Shown here: piece after piece, positions 12,478 to 25,086 of the stretch
Numbering within the stretch: the first letter of the stretch is position 1
Layout: the number at the start of each line of letters is the position of its first letter
Assembly (NCBI GenBank): GCA_951406725.2
Contig: OX597831.1
Span: 43,152,001-43,216,000, forward strand
DNA from: Octopus vulgaris
Taxonomy: Eukaryota
Length of the DNA stretch: 64,000 nt
Direction: 5' to 3'
The notes under the pieces: model-generated
Told to the model about the DNA's origin: nothing
Seen by the model: the letters and a program-made list of their open reading frames with translations, nothing else
The model's database searches: none
Translations under genes and position numbers: made by a program

Positions 12478-12825
12478 GGCGGCGAGCTGGCAGAAACGTT
12501 AGCACGCCAGGCGAAATACTTAGCGGTATTTCGTCTGCCGCTACGTTCTGAGTTCAAATTCCACCGAGGTCGACTTTGCCTTTCATCATTTCGGGGTCGA
12601 TAAATAAAGTACCAGTTATGCACTGGGGTCGATATAATCGACTTAATCTGTTTGTCTGTCCTTGTTAGTCCTTTCTGTGCTTAGCCCCTTGTGGGTAGTA
12701 AAGAAATAGGTATTTCGTCTGCCGTTACGTTCTGAGTTCAAATTCCGCCGAGGTCGACTTTGCCTTTCATCCTTTCGGGGTCGATTAAATAAGTACCAGT
12801 TACGAACTGGGGTCGATGTAATGTG
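12478..12825 (+). mobile_element. tRNA-derived SINE with Meta-like central domain (internally duplicated copy)
   Basis: A box tggcagaaacgttag, B box gagttcaaattcc, and central gcctttcatcctttcggggtcgataaa-aagtaccag resembling the MetaSINE domain. Many other copies: 7930-8080, 15470-15795(-), 16205-16410(-), 19240-19460, 22745-22945(-), 28990-29575(-), 31320-31535(-), 40895-41115(-), 53104-53510. Confidence 0.8.
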
Positions 12826-13441
12826 TGAAATTGAAAATATAAAATGGCGACAATTTACTCATCGCACCTTATGCATATACAGTGAGAGAGTGAGAGAGAG
12901 AGTTCTAAGGAGTGCAGGCCCGTGACTTACTAGTTAGCGTATTCGGCTCACGCTCGTAAGATAATGAGTTCGATATCCAGCAGTGCATTGTATCCTCGAG
13001 CAAGGCACTTTATTGAATGTAAACAAAGCAACACCGGTGGTCAAGCGGTGAGGGAAAGTAAAAACAAAACCACGCAGCCATGAATACACATATACGTCGG
13101 GCTTCTTTCAGTTTCCGTCTACCAAATGCACTCACAAGATTTTTACCAGCCAGGGGCTATAGTAGAAGGCACTCAAAACATTGCGCAGCTGGACTGAAAC
13201 CGAAACAATTGGGACGCAAACATCTTACCACACACCCATGAACTTGTATTGTAATGAGGGAAAGCTACATCGCACAGACCATCATCAATGCTCAAGTGCA
13301 TGATTTTCTGGACCAGTGGCAAGGCTACTAAGACGACCGAAGTATATTGGAGATGCAGTAGTATGAACAGGGTGAACTTTGCATCTCACTGTGCTCTGCC
13401 ATACAGTGTTTTTGCTGGATATTATTATATACTTTTGACAA

Positions 13442-13546
13442 GTCACCTGACGAGACACAGCTGCAGCTATGATGCACTACACCTATTTCTAGAGCATCTC
13501 ACCTGCGCGGCAACGGTGTACGAAGGGTCGAAACGATCGTAATGAT
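13442..13546 (+). ncRNA. Candidate degenerate type-I hammerhead ribozyme motif (Penelope-LTR-like) with a large stem-II insertion
   Basis: CTGACGA (13447-53), stem II GAC/GTC enclosing 70 nt, GAAA (13530-33), palindromic stem III ACGATCGT, GTA triplet, imperfect stem I gtcac/atgat, then AATAAA. Confidence 0.4.
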
Positions 13547-14004
13547 AATAAAGAGTCTCCTGCTCCTCCTCCTCTGAAATTGTTGGCTTTGGGCCAAATT
13601 TGAAATCAATATTTATATAAACTTTAAGCCGGCAAGCTGGTAGAATCGTTAGCACTCCGGACTAAATGCTTGGCAGCATTTTATCCGTTTTTACGTTCCG
13701 AATTAAAATTCTACCGAAAGCTACGTTACTTTTCGTCTTTCAGAGGTCGATAAAATAAGTACCAGTGTTACATTGGGGTTGATGTAATCGAATTAACTCC
13801 TTCCCGGAAATTACTGGCCTTCTACCAAAATTTGAAGGCACATTTACATAAACTCTACGGATATTTTGCGGACTTTCAGATATATCTTCAATAAAAGATT
13901 CATTTCCGTTGTATGATAGTATCTGATAACCGATGCCCGTAGACGGGCTTTATAAAGCAAACTCCAAGGTTAAGACCCAAATGGAATTGATCTTCATATA
14001 AATA

Positions 14005-14165
14005 TATACGACGGGCTTCTTTCAGTTTCCGTCTACCAAATCCACTCACAAGGCTTTGGTCGGCCTGAGGCGATAGTAAAAATCACTTGCCCAAGGTCCC
14101 ACGCAGTGGGAATGAACCCGGAACCATTTGGTTGGTAAGCAAGCTACTTACCACACTCCTGCACC
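14005..14165 (-). mobile_element. tRNA-derived SINE with CORE-like segment (second family)
   Basis: The reverse complement reads gtgtggtaagtagcttgcttaccaacca...ccgggttcattcccactgcgtgggaccttgggcaagtg. Other copies: 10305-10455, 23180-23545(-), 36600-36950, 52135-52390, 56840-57260(-), 57290-57635(-), 59805-60200(-), 61730-62145(-). Confidence 0.75.
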
Positions 14166-14534
14166 ATATATATATATATATATATATATACATACATAAA
14201 TGTGTGAGTGTGTGTACACATACATGTATGTAAAAATATACATAATAACATAATACACATTTTCTGACATATCTGTGTGTGTGTGTGTGTGTGTTATATG
14301 TACACAACAGTTATAAAACAGACTCACTTTCAGATATAAAAGAAAAGCATTTACCTAATAATGCAGCTAATATATTGATGCAGCTTGCATTAATATATCA
14401 GCTTCAAGACATAATTTTTTTTCTTGACTGTAATAATAGTATTTACTCCTCCCTCTTTCTCCTCTTGTCTCATCTTTCAACCAACCGCATTATTTTCCAG
14501 AGATTGCTTGCAACAAATACTACTACTATTACTT

Positions 14535-14832
14535 ATCATCATCATCACCATCATTATCGTTTAACGTCCACTTTCCATGCTAGCATGGGTTGGACGATTT
14601 GACTGAAGACTGGCGAACCAGATGGCTGCACCAGGCTCCAATCTGATCTGGCAGAGTTTCTACAGCTGGATGCCCTTCATTACGCCAACCACTCCGTGAG
14701 TGTAGTGGGTGCTTTTACGTGCCACCGGCACGAGGGCCAGTCAGGCGGTACTGGCAGCGGTCACAGAAAAATCGTGGGGCTTTTTTACGTGTCACCTGCA
14801 CATCGGCACAAGTGCCAGTAAGGCGACGCTGG
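14535..14832 (-). mobile_element. Short 3' fragment of the RTE LINE family
   Basis: Carries the same terminal segment (ccaacccatgctagcatggaaag...(ATG)n tail) as the RTE at 25087-27950. Similar fragments: 24285-24608(+), 34735-34877, 35370-35810, 39845-40040(-), 42015-42175(-), 42335-42720(+). Confidence 0.75.
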
Positions 14833-14847
14833 TAAGTAAGTAAGTAA

Positions 14848-14912
<65 letters not shown>

Positions 14913-15440
14913 TGCCCTGATGCAGTACCAGACAGTGGCTCTCATGGCTTCTGATCTTAACTGACTTGGAAGTGTTATCATGTGTACGTTTTGTCTTGGT
15001 ATAAATGATGGGCTACAGCAAATATTCTGCTCAATACCACAGATTTGCTTGTCAGTTGTTTGACCTTAACTAGTTGAGCATGTCCCTTACTGGCTGACGA
15101 TATGTGCATCTCTGATCACGAGCAGTTGTGGGGGAGCACCATAGCCATGTGTTGAGAGGGATTCTTTGGGGCTTGAATAATTCACCTCTGGAAACATGGG
15201 TGTTTCGTTCAACATCCTTAAACAACCCCTATTCAGGGACCTTTTGAGCGGGATGGTTACTCAACCAGAATAAAATTCTAACTGGCCCCCACCTGCAAGG
15301 TCGTGTGCTGTTGTGATGCACATATGGTTGTGATGCATGTGCCTAGTGTACTCTTATCAGACGGGTAGTCATGATGAGATTACTGGGCTTCGTTTATTTT
15401 ACCCTAGTGCCTAGTTTATTTTACCCTGCTCTCTCACTCA
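14913..15440 (+). repeat. Unclassified ~530-bp interspersed repeat embedded in (AAT)n
   Basis: Runs tgccctgatgcagtaccag...ctctctcactca. A highly similar copy lies at 40328-40885, and both are flanked by (AAT)n on both sides. Confidence 0.8.
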
Positions 15441-16431
15441 ATAATAATAATAATAATACTTACACAAGGCCTGAAGTCTTATTTCATCGACCCCAAAAGG
15501 ATGAAAGGCAAAGTCGAGCTCGGTAAAATTTGAACTCAGAACATAGCGACTGGTAAAATACCTATTTCTTTACTATCCACAAGGGGCTAAACACAGAGAG
15601 GACAAACAAGGACAGACAAACGGATTAAGTCGATTATATCGACTCCAGTGCGTAACTGGTACTTATTTGATCGACCCCGAAAGGATGAAAGGCAAAGTAG
15701 ACCTCGGCGGAATTTGAACTCAGAACATAACGGCAGACGAAATACCGCTAAGCATTTCGCCCGGCGTGCTAACGTTTCTGCCAGCTCGCTGCCTTATAAT
15801 AACAACAACAATAATAGTAATGATGATGATGATGATGATGATAATGATGATTTCGTTTCTTTTATTTGCCACCATGGCAAAGGTTATTGGGGGGAACAAT
15901 ACAAAGACAGACATAAAGTGGGGCGATTTACATATAATGGAATAAAAAAAAAAAGGTATACTTTAAAAGAAAGGAAATATACAAAGTATACGACACTAAG
16001 AAGAAAAACAAACGTGATAATGATGGGATCCTCCTAATACCGGAGTACCTCTAGGGATAATCGAGGAACCCCACCATCCGAGATTGCCCAGGTCTACACT
16101 CGGAGTGGTACCACCTCTCCACCTTCACTTTCCTTTTCAAATGAAACGACGAGGGTTTTACCAAAGAGGAATGTCGCTGTTCTTATTCCTTTCAGCCTTG
16201 TTCAAATTTTGGCACAAGATCAGCAGTTTCGGGGAAGAGGGATAATCGGTTACACAGACACCAGTTTTCAGCTGGTGTTTATTTAATCGACCCCCGAAAG
16301 GATGAAAGCAAAGTCGACCTCGGCGGAATTTGAACTCAGAACGTAAAAACGGACGATATGCCGCTAAGCACTTTTTCGGTGTGGTGACAATTCTGCCAGC
16401 TCGCCACCTATTGCAGCACCTGCGGCTGGTT

Positions 16432-16945
16432 CTTCTTCTTCTTCTTCTTCTTCTTCTTCTTCTTCTTCTTCTTCCAATCAGGACTCACGCTCTTAGCCAC
16501 AAAGAATAATATCTAATTCGAGCCTACTCTAAGCTACTAAGAATGCGTGTGGCAACTTGAAGATCCACCCACCACACGCGATAGACTGACGGTTGGACGG
16601 GCGCGAAAGCTACGTTGTTATCTTCATTCCGTAAACGGTGGCTTTTAACCCGGTGGAGAGCTGAACCATCCTGGGGTACAGAGGATTCGCAATCTAGATT
16701 AGGGTCTGAAAGTTTACCACACCATAGTGTGGTTACACCATGGTTCCTCTGCTTTGTGGCAGAAAGAGTGAGAGAAAGTTGTGGTGAAAGAGTACAGCGG
16801 TGTTGACCACCCCCATCCGCTGGAGCCTCGTGGAGCTTAGGTGTTTTGCTCAATAAACACTCACAATGCCCGGTCTAGGAATCGAAACCGCGTTCTTATG
16901 ACCGCGAGTCCACTGCCCTGACCACTGGGCCATTGCACCTCCACT
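16432..16945 (-). mobile_element. Inverted copy of the 9478-9962 SINE
   Basis: Reverse complement of the same head and body, with a (TTC)n tail at 16432-16473. Related heads occur at 37712-37965 and 58470-58790, and a related body at 20770-21070(-). Confidence 0.75.
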
Positions 16946-17139
16946 GCGGTTGGTGCTGCCGCTGCTGCTTTAAGTTATGGAACAACTGTTGTTATTGTTG
17001 TTGGTGGTGGTGTCTCTCTCTTCTCCAAGCAATGTTTTTTAATCTCTTTATGTATTTGCTTCACTTCTGTTGACAATTTCAAGATGCCTCCAGGATAAAG
17101 AGACAGAGTGCTAATATTGATAGTGTGCTTTGGTGCATG

Positions 17140-17196
17140 TGTGGAGTGTGTATATGTATGTGTACAGGAAATAATAAGAGAGAGAGAGAGAGAGAA

Positions 17197-17227
<31 letters not shown>

Positions 17228-17231
17228 ATGT

Positions 17232-17300
<69 letters not shown>

Positions 17301-17762
17301 AAGGAATAGAGATATGTGTACAAGAGACAGAGAGTGTGCCAGAAATAGAGAGACAGACACACAGACAGACAGAGAACGTGTGTATTTGTTTGTGTGTATG
17401 TGTGTGTATGTGTGCAAGAGATAAAGAGAAAGTATGTGTGTTTGTGTGTGTGTGTGCAAGGAATAGAGATATGTGTACAAGAGACAGACACACAGACAGA
17501 CAGAGAACGTGTGTGTTTGTTTGTGCGTGTATGTGTGCAAGAGATAAAGAGAAAGTATGTGTGTGTGGTGTGGTGTGGTGTGTGTGTGTGTGTGTGCAAG
17601 GAATAGAGATATGTGTACAAGAGACAGAGAGTGTGCAAGAAATAGAGAGACAGACACACAGACAGACAGAGAACGTGTGTGTTTGTTTGTGTGTGTATGT
17701 GTGCAAGAGATAAAGAGAAAGTATGTGTGTGTGTGTGTGTTTGTGTTTGTGTGTGTGTGTAA
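17140..17762. repeat. Compound (GT)n/(GA)n satellite with a ~120-160-bp higher-order unit
   Basis: The block gcaaggaatagagatatgtgtacaagagacaga...gcaagagataaagagaaagtatg recurs three times between (GT)n runs. Confidence 0.85.
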
Positions 17763-17918
17763 TATGTGGATAGGAGGTAGGGAGAACTGCGTATGTGTGG
17801 TTGGGTAAATGCGTATGTCCTTTTGTAATGTGAATAGAATCAACTGAAAAACAATTTCTATTTAATAACAAGGCGAAATACCAATTACCGAACGAGTTTT
17901 TGAGTTAATTAAACAATA

Positions 17919-17957
<39 letters not shown>

Positions 17958-19627
17958 ATGCGTGTGTGTGTGTGTTCGTACATGCATATATATTTACTTA
18001 CACATATATAACGGTACATACATACATAAGTGATTATGCATGCACGTATGTATGTATGTATGTATGTATGTATGTATGTATGTATGTATGTATGTATGTC
18101 AGGTCACTTTCGAGTACGAATGAATGAATGAATGAATGAATGAAATAAAATACTTAATCCAAAATAGTTAGTCCAACAAAATATATTTTGTTTGGCCTAA
18201 GGCTTTTCGGATAATGATCATGGATTTAATATTCTATTTACTTTCAGACCTATCTTTGAGTTGGACATAGCTTCTTTTAAACTTGTCATCCCTTTGTATG
18301 TGCGTGTATGTGTGTGTGTGTTAGCGTACATTTGTGCGTATGTCTGTTATTTGCCTGTTTGTCTGACTATGTATGTATATAGTGAGAATTTGCAAAAAAA
18401 AAAGACCAAGACGGGTGTGTAAACAACAAACAGATGTATTAGTTTAACGCTCGAGAAGTGAGAAAGTCTTTTACATTTCGAGCCTATGCTCTTCGACAGA
18501 AATGAACACAGAAATGAAAAGGGAGAGAAAATAGAAAAAGGTATAGTGGCTACCGATCTATCATGGCGATGCATGTATGTGTGTATGTATATTCGTGTAC
18601 ATAGGAAACAACATTTCGTTCAAATATGATATCTGAAAAACATCGCCATGTTCGAGTTTGATGGGGTTTTTCTTTCTGTTTTTTTTTATCATAAACTTTT
18701 TTTTTTTTCATATTCCCAAATTAGTCTTTTATGTTTAGTTTTAAACGATGACGTTCCTGAATCCATTAGTTTGACATTTCGAGTCGTTCGCAAATACGTT
18801 TCCAAAATAAGCTGTTGTGATAGCATGTTGTCACGCGCTCTACGAACACACACATCACACACACACACACACACACACACACTCGCGCGCGCGCACACAG
18901 ATATATGGATATATATATAAATTATTAAGGTGATTATTCACAACTTACAACCAAAAGGCACAAGCACGTGCAAGTTACCACCAGGATTGCTAAGAGTCAA
19001 AACAACTCTTAGCCACGGGGCAAAGCACTATCTATTGACTGACAAAGGAGATGACCTCCCTACAGCAAGAGAGAGCATAAGATCATCGACGATTTGGGAT
19101 AAAATTAATCCTCAAAAGTGACATTACTCCGTTGCCTAGGGCTAACAGTTGTTTTGACTCTTATTTCTAGCAATGCTGTTACTGGCTTGCACCGTTAGTC
19201 ACTTTAGTGACGATTGTATATACATATGTGTATATACAAGGCGGCGAGCTGGCAGAAACGTTAGCACGCTGGGTGAAATGCTTACCCAGTCTGCTGCTAC
19301 GTTCTGAGTTCAAATTCCGCCGAGGTCGACTTTGTCTTTCATCCTTTCGGGGTCGATTAAATAACTACCAGTTACGCACTGGGGTCGATGTAATCGACTT
19401 AATCCCTTTGTCTGTCCTTGTTTGTCCCCTCTATGTTTAGCCCCTTGTGGCCAATAAAGAAATATGTATATACATATGTGTGTGTGAGTGTGCACGCGCG
19501 TGTGTGCAGGCTTGCTTCAACTTACATTGATAATTGGTTCCACGACACGACATGCGTCATTACACGAAATCTCAAAAGAGCGAAGTCGAAAAAGACGCAA
19601 CTCGAAAGTACAGAAGTTGGTGTGTGT

Positions 19628-19682
<55 letters not shown>

Positions 19683-19760
19683 CGTGTATGTGTGTGTGTG
19701 TGTGTGTACATACGTGCATATATACGTACATACGCACACGGATAAAGAGTGTGCGTGTAT

Positions 19761-19807
<47 letters not shown>

Positions 19808-20184
19808 TGTAAAGTGAAAAATGTAATGTTATGAAGTAATGAGGGGACAAACAACGATGCACAAAGTCACACAAGCAAAACACATGACTAAAATGCGTAG
19901 AAGTATAAAGGTGAACAGCAATGAGAAATTGTAAAGCGAAAATAAATACACGAATGAAAGATACAGAAGAGAATCTAAAGTTTCTAGTGACACACTTTAT
20001 CAGAAAAAATGGATATGAATAAAAGCAGCAAATGAAAAAAAAGAGCATATCGAATTCACGACGTCTGTTTACATGGAAGGCTGAGAGTAGAATGGAAAGA
20101 AGGGAATGTGATAGAAGGAGCAGAATTAAAGGTACAATTTGGATCACAGTGAAAGAAAGCAAGAAAGCAAGAAAGAAAGGAAGC

Positions 20185-20276
<92 letters not shown>

Positions 20277-21180
20277 AATTAGAGAGAGGTCAGAAAGAGA
20301 GAGAAGGGCGGAGTGAAAAGAAAGAAATTGGGGAGAGGTCAGAAAGAGGGAGAAAGACGGAATGGAGAGAGAGAACGTGAGAGGAGAGGCACAAAAGGGA
20401 GAAAATGAGTAAGAAGGTGAAAGAAATATTGCGCGCATGATATGCATGCGTGTGTATCGTATGTTCAGTCACTGATGTCTATGGTTATGTGGCCTGTGAT
20501 ATATCAATAAGAGTGATGTGCTATGACAAGGTTTAGTGTGGAGAGGAAGAATGCACTATGGTAGGATGCAATTGTGTAAATGTAACTGCACTATTTATGC
20601 GACTGCAACCAAGGTGGAAGATGAGGTATTGTTCTTTGTGACAGCAAAAAGTATGGGATGTGTTGCGTTGTGTTATAAACATCACCAGAAATTGAAATGA
20701 GGAAAATAGCGTGTACAAGCGAGTAGAATTGGCGATACAAACTTATGGTCGGCTACATCAATATATGGATGGATGGAAGCACTCCATCGGTTACGACGAC
20801 GAGGATTCCGGTTGATCCGAATCAACGGAACAGCCTGCTCGTGAAATTAACGTGTAAGTGGCTGAGCACTCCACAGACACGTGTACCCTTCACGTAGTTC
20901 TCGGGGATATTCAGCGTGACACAGAGAGTGACAAGGCCGGCCCTTTGAAATACAGGTACAACAGAAACAGGAAGTAAGAGTAAGAGAAAGTTGTGGTGAA
21001 AGAGTACAGCAGGGATCACCACCATCCCCTGCCGGAGCCTCGTGGAGCTTTAGGTGTTTTCGCTCAATAACATCAATATATAAGGGACCACAGAACAGAT
21101 ATTTAAGACAGGAAGTAACATTTCTTGTGATAAGAAAGCGACGCTTGTTGTGTCCAAGGAGTATGGGAGTGTTGTCGATG

Positions 21181-21400
21181 TACGAAGGGTGTTGAAAAGT
21201 CCCTTATTTGGGGTAAAAGAAAATACAGGAGGATCAGTTAATTATGATTCTATTTAACATGTTCCCCTCTCAGATTCACACACTTATTGCAGTGGTCCTT
21301 TAGTTTTTCTGAGCCCTGTAAAAGAACTCGGAAGGTTGGGCCTAGAATCAGGCCTTTCGTGATACCCTTAAAACCAGGAACTTTTCGGCGTCCTCTCGTA
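21181..21400. mobile_element. Tc1/mariner-type MITE
   Basis: Imperfect TIRs tacgaagggtgttgaaaagt and acttttcggcgtcctctcgta, bounded by TA. Confidence 0.55.
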
Positions 21401-22120
21401 AAGACATACGCTGCGTCGGACTTGAGAGCAGGGGAAAAATCTTGGTTGGGTGTTAGAAGAAGTAGAGGAACTACTGACTAAAATATCCGGCAAATTAGGG
21501 GCCCGTTTGAAGAGATGGGGGTGGTAATTAAAGGAATATTGGGGAAGCGGCAGTGCCAAGGCAAAGAAGCGAGAAGTACGCTAGATTGATCGTTGAAGAA
21601 ATAAGGAGTAGTGTGGAAGGTCAACGGGGACGAACAAACGGTTAAGGATGGAGCGAGTACATCATCCGGTTTGTAATCTGCTGTACAATTTCAGAGTTAC
21701 TATTTGGGAGTAAAAATCTTAACTACATTAAGCATGTTACCCTTTGATTTCTATTGACATATTCCCAGATACTTGGCCGAAAGGAGAAACTAGTTGTCTA
21801 AATATTCATATCCTTCGTACGTATATTAACTGCTTAAGAAAAGAGAAGAAAAAAAAGAAGCCAACTGAAATAACTCCCAGCTGATTACGGACTGTCTACT
21901 CACAAAATATCGGAAACCGTTTCAATTCTTCATTACTGTAAATAATGCAAGGGAGATAATTCACATGCTACATGATTCTTCTTTATCGTTTCGTGATGTT
22001 CTTTAATAAAACACGCTGCAATAAGTTACGGCAAGGGATAACAAAATCGAAAATGATTTTTCATAAGTTTTAAGACATGGACAATTACTATTTCAGAATG
22101 TGATAAATAATTATGTAAAA

Positions 22121-22500
22121 CTAGCAGTATCGCCCGGCGTTGCTCGGGTTTGTAACGGAAATAACTATATAAGCATTTTTAGAGAGTTATAGCCAAAAAA
22201 TAGCAAAAAAATGCATTAAAAATGGAAAAAAAATTATGGTAATTTTTTTTAAATCGTTGACTCATCGTAGACATTTTTAGAAAGTTACTTCCCTTATATA
22301 ATAGCGAAAAATGCATTAAAATGGAAAAAAATGATGTTAAATTTATTTTTAAATCGTAGACGCGCGCTAATACCCAGAAGGGCTCGATATGAATCACGAC
22401 TATAAGATACCCGGTTTTGGTTAAACTGCACAGCAAAATGTGGGAGTAGTTAGGAATCTAAATCGTAGGAGACAGACACACAACTTCTCTTTTATATATA
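22121..22500 (-). mobile_element. Non-autonomous Helitron
   Basis: The minus strand starts tatatataaaagagaagttgtgtgtctgtc and ends cccgagcaacgccgggcgatactgCTAG, the same hairpin family as 10490-11641. Confidence 0.75.
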
Positions 22501-23387
22501 AAGTTTTATAAAAACTACCGGAAAGAGTTCTCTCCCTTAGAGAACATTAAATTTGGCAATCTGTACTGGATTAAATGTTACTTCAGTCTATTTCCCCCTC
22601 TGCGAGTTCGAAAAAAAATTGTACACAGCTCAATTCAACTGATTATAGTCTTTTAAAATTTGTGGTTGCTTTATGTCAGCTCAACTATCAAAATCAAGCG
22701 ACCTTGTAAATTATTTCGTAGCTCGTAGCATATTTCGATAGAAACAATCCTTTCTACTAAAGACACAAGGCCTGAAAATTGCGGGGAGAGGACTAGTCAA
22801 TTACAGCGACTCCAGTTCGCAACTGGTACTTAATTTATCGACCCCGAAAAGATGAAAAGCAAAGTTGACCTCGGCGGAATTTGAACTCAGAACGTTCACA
22901 CGGACGAAATACTGCTAAGCATTTCGCCTGGCGTGCTAACGATTCTGAATTCTTTATTACCCACAAGGGGCGAAATACAGAGGGGACAATACAAGACAAT
23001 ACAAACATGTGGGTAGACGAAAACGGATGAAAGTCTGAAATGGAAAAATGAAAGATGTAATGGTGACTCTCGGCCCCACATCCGGGTGCCTTCATTTCAC
23101 TTTTGATTGCTTTTTTGAAAAATCGGAAACGTTAATATTAAAGTCTGATTTAAAATTTTCAGCATTTATCACGTATACTCTTTACACTTTTACTTGTTTC
23201 AGTCATTTGACTGCGGCCATGCTGGAGCACCACCTTTAGTTGAGCAAATCGACCCCGGGACTTATTCTTTGTAAGCCTAGAACTTATTCTATCGGTTTCT
23301 TTTGCCGATCCGCTAGGTTACGGGGACGTAAACACAGCACCATCGGTTGTTAAGCGATGTTGGGGAGACAAACACACACACACATAA

Positions 23388-23418
<31 letters not shown>

Positions 23419-24135
23419 CACGACGGGCTTCTTTCAGTTTCCGTCTATCAAATCCACTCACAAGGCTACAGTAGAAGACACTTGCCCGAGGTGCCACGCA
23501 GTGGGACTGAACCCGGAATCCTGTGGTTGGGTAAGCAAGCTACTTCGACGTATTTCACTTTGTCCTCGAACTTCTCCAATTTCTCTTTATCATTTGTATT
23601 GATTATAACACATCTCAAATGCGTGCGGATTTCATTCCATACATTTACCAATGTCGTAGTTTCCCAGCTCTTGATTTCACTTAACAATTTGTTTATTCAT
23701 TAGTTCGTAAAAAAAATTATTAATCTTGTTACCTTCCTTTCTTTTCCTTTTTTTTTATTTTACGAGGAGGGGGTTGAGAGTTTTGGGACACCTATGTGTG
23801 CACGTAAGTTTTTTTCAATGCCTGATTTCTTGGTCAAATGTAATGCTTATTTATTCACATTGTTTTGAATTAATCATGCATTATCTTGTACCCTGGAGAT
23901 TTTGACAGTTTATTTTTAGCATAACATTGTAGGGTAAGTTTGAGAAGCCAGACATGGCTAATTTTGATGTTAAACAGGTAGAATATTTTGGCCAGATATG
24001 GCTGGTTTTAATGGTTTATTTGTAGAATCTTGACTTGAGTTGAGTTCATGCTGGCCACTAGATATAATCATTAATGTGATCTTATCCTGAATCCATTAAG
24101 AATAAATATATATGGATATAAATACATATATATAA

Positions 24136-24168
<33 letters not shown>

Positions 24169-25086
24169 AAAATTCATAATAGAATATAAGGTTAAAAATC
24201 ACGTTAATGATTTTTATCAAGTAGTCAGCAAGCTATAAAAATTTATAGGCAATTTATACATTAAATTAATAATAATATACATCCCATGCCGGTGGCACGT
24301 AAAAAGCACCATCCATTCGTGGCCGTTGCCAGCCTCGCCTGGCCCCCCGTGCCGGTGGCACATAAAAAGCACCATCTGATCGTGGCCGTTTGCCAGACTC
24401 GTCTGGCACCTGTGCCGGTGGCACGTAAAAAGCACACACTACACTCATGGAGTGGTCGGCGTTAGGAAGGGCATCCAGCCATAGAAACCTTGCTAGATCA
24501 AACTGGGCCTGGTGCAGCCTTCTGGCTTCCCAGACCCCAGTTGAACCGTCCAACCCATGCTAGCATGGAAAGCGGACGCTAAACGATGATGATGATGATG
24601 ATGATGATATGTATGTAATTATACTAAGAGAGCAAGGGCGAAAACACTGGGGATAGGTCATTTTCGCCCTTGCTCCCTTAATATAATTATATACATATGT
24701 ATATTATTAATTTAATATATATGGAATACTGCAGTTTTGCTCGAAACATACATGTGGATACAAGGGATAAATGTGTATTCATATTTGGCTGTGTAAATTT
24801 TGGAAGTGTTGGTTGGATATCTGTTGCACAAGGACACTCGATCGTGTACATATTTAACCCTAGCAGTTTCAAATTTTATATTCGGAATGCTACACTGATG
24901 ATGAGAAATAAGTAAGTAAACATACTTTAATCTCGAAACGTGTTTGTGGCTAATCAGAGTCGTGTGGATTCATTATTTTTCTTTTTGCCTACGTAAAAAA
25001 GTGTTACTGTCTGGGAGATTCTTACGGTAGAAGAAAAGGAATTTTTAACTCCTATTTCTAAATTCGGTGAAGCAACTAGCTGACCC

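Noticed and set aside
16975-20472. His/Thr-, Cys/Val- and KKER-rich ORFs
   Set aside because: They are dinucleotide and tetranucleotide microsatellite translations.
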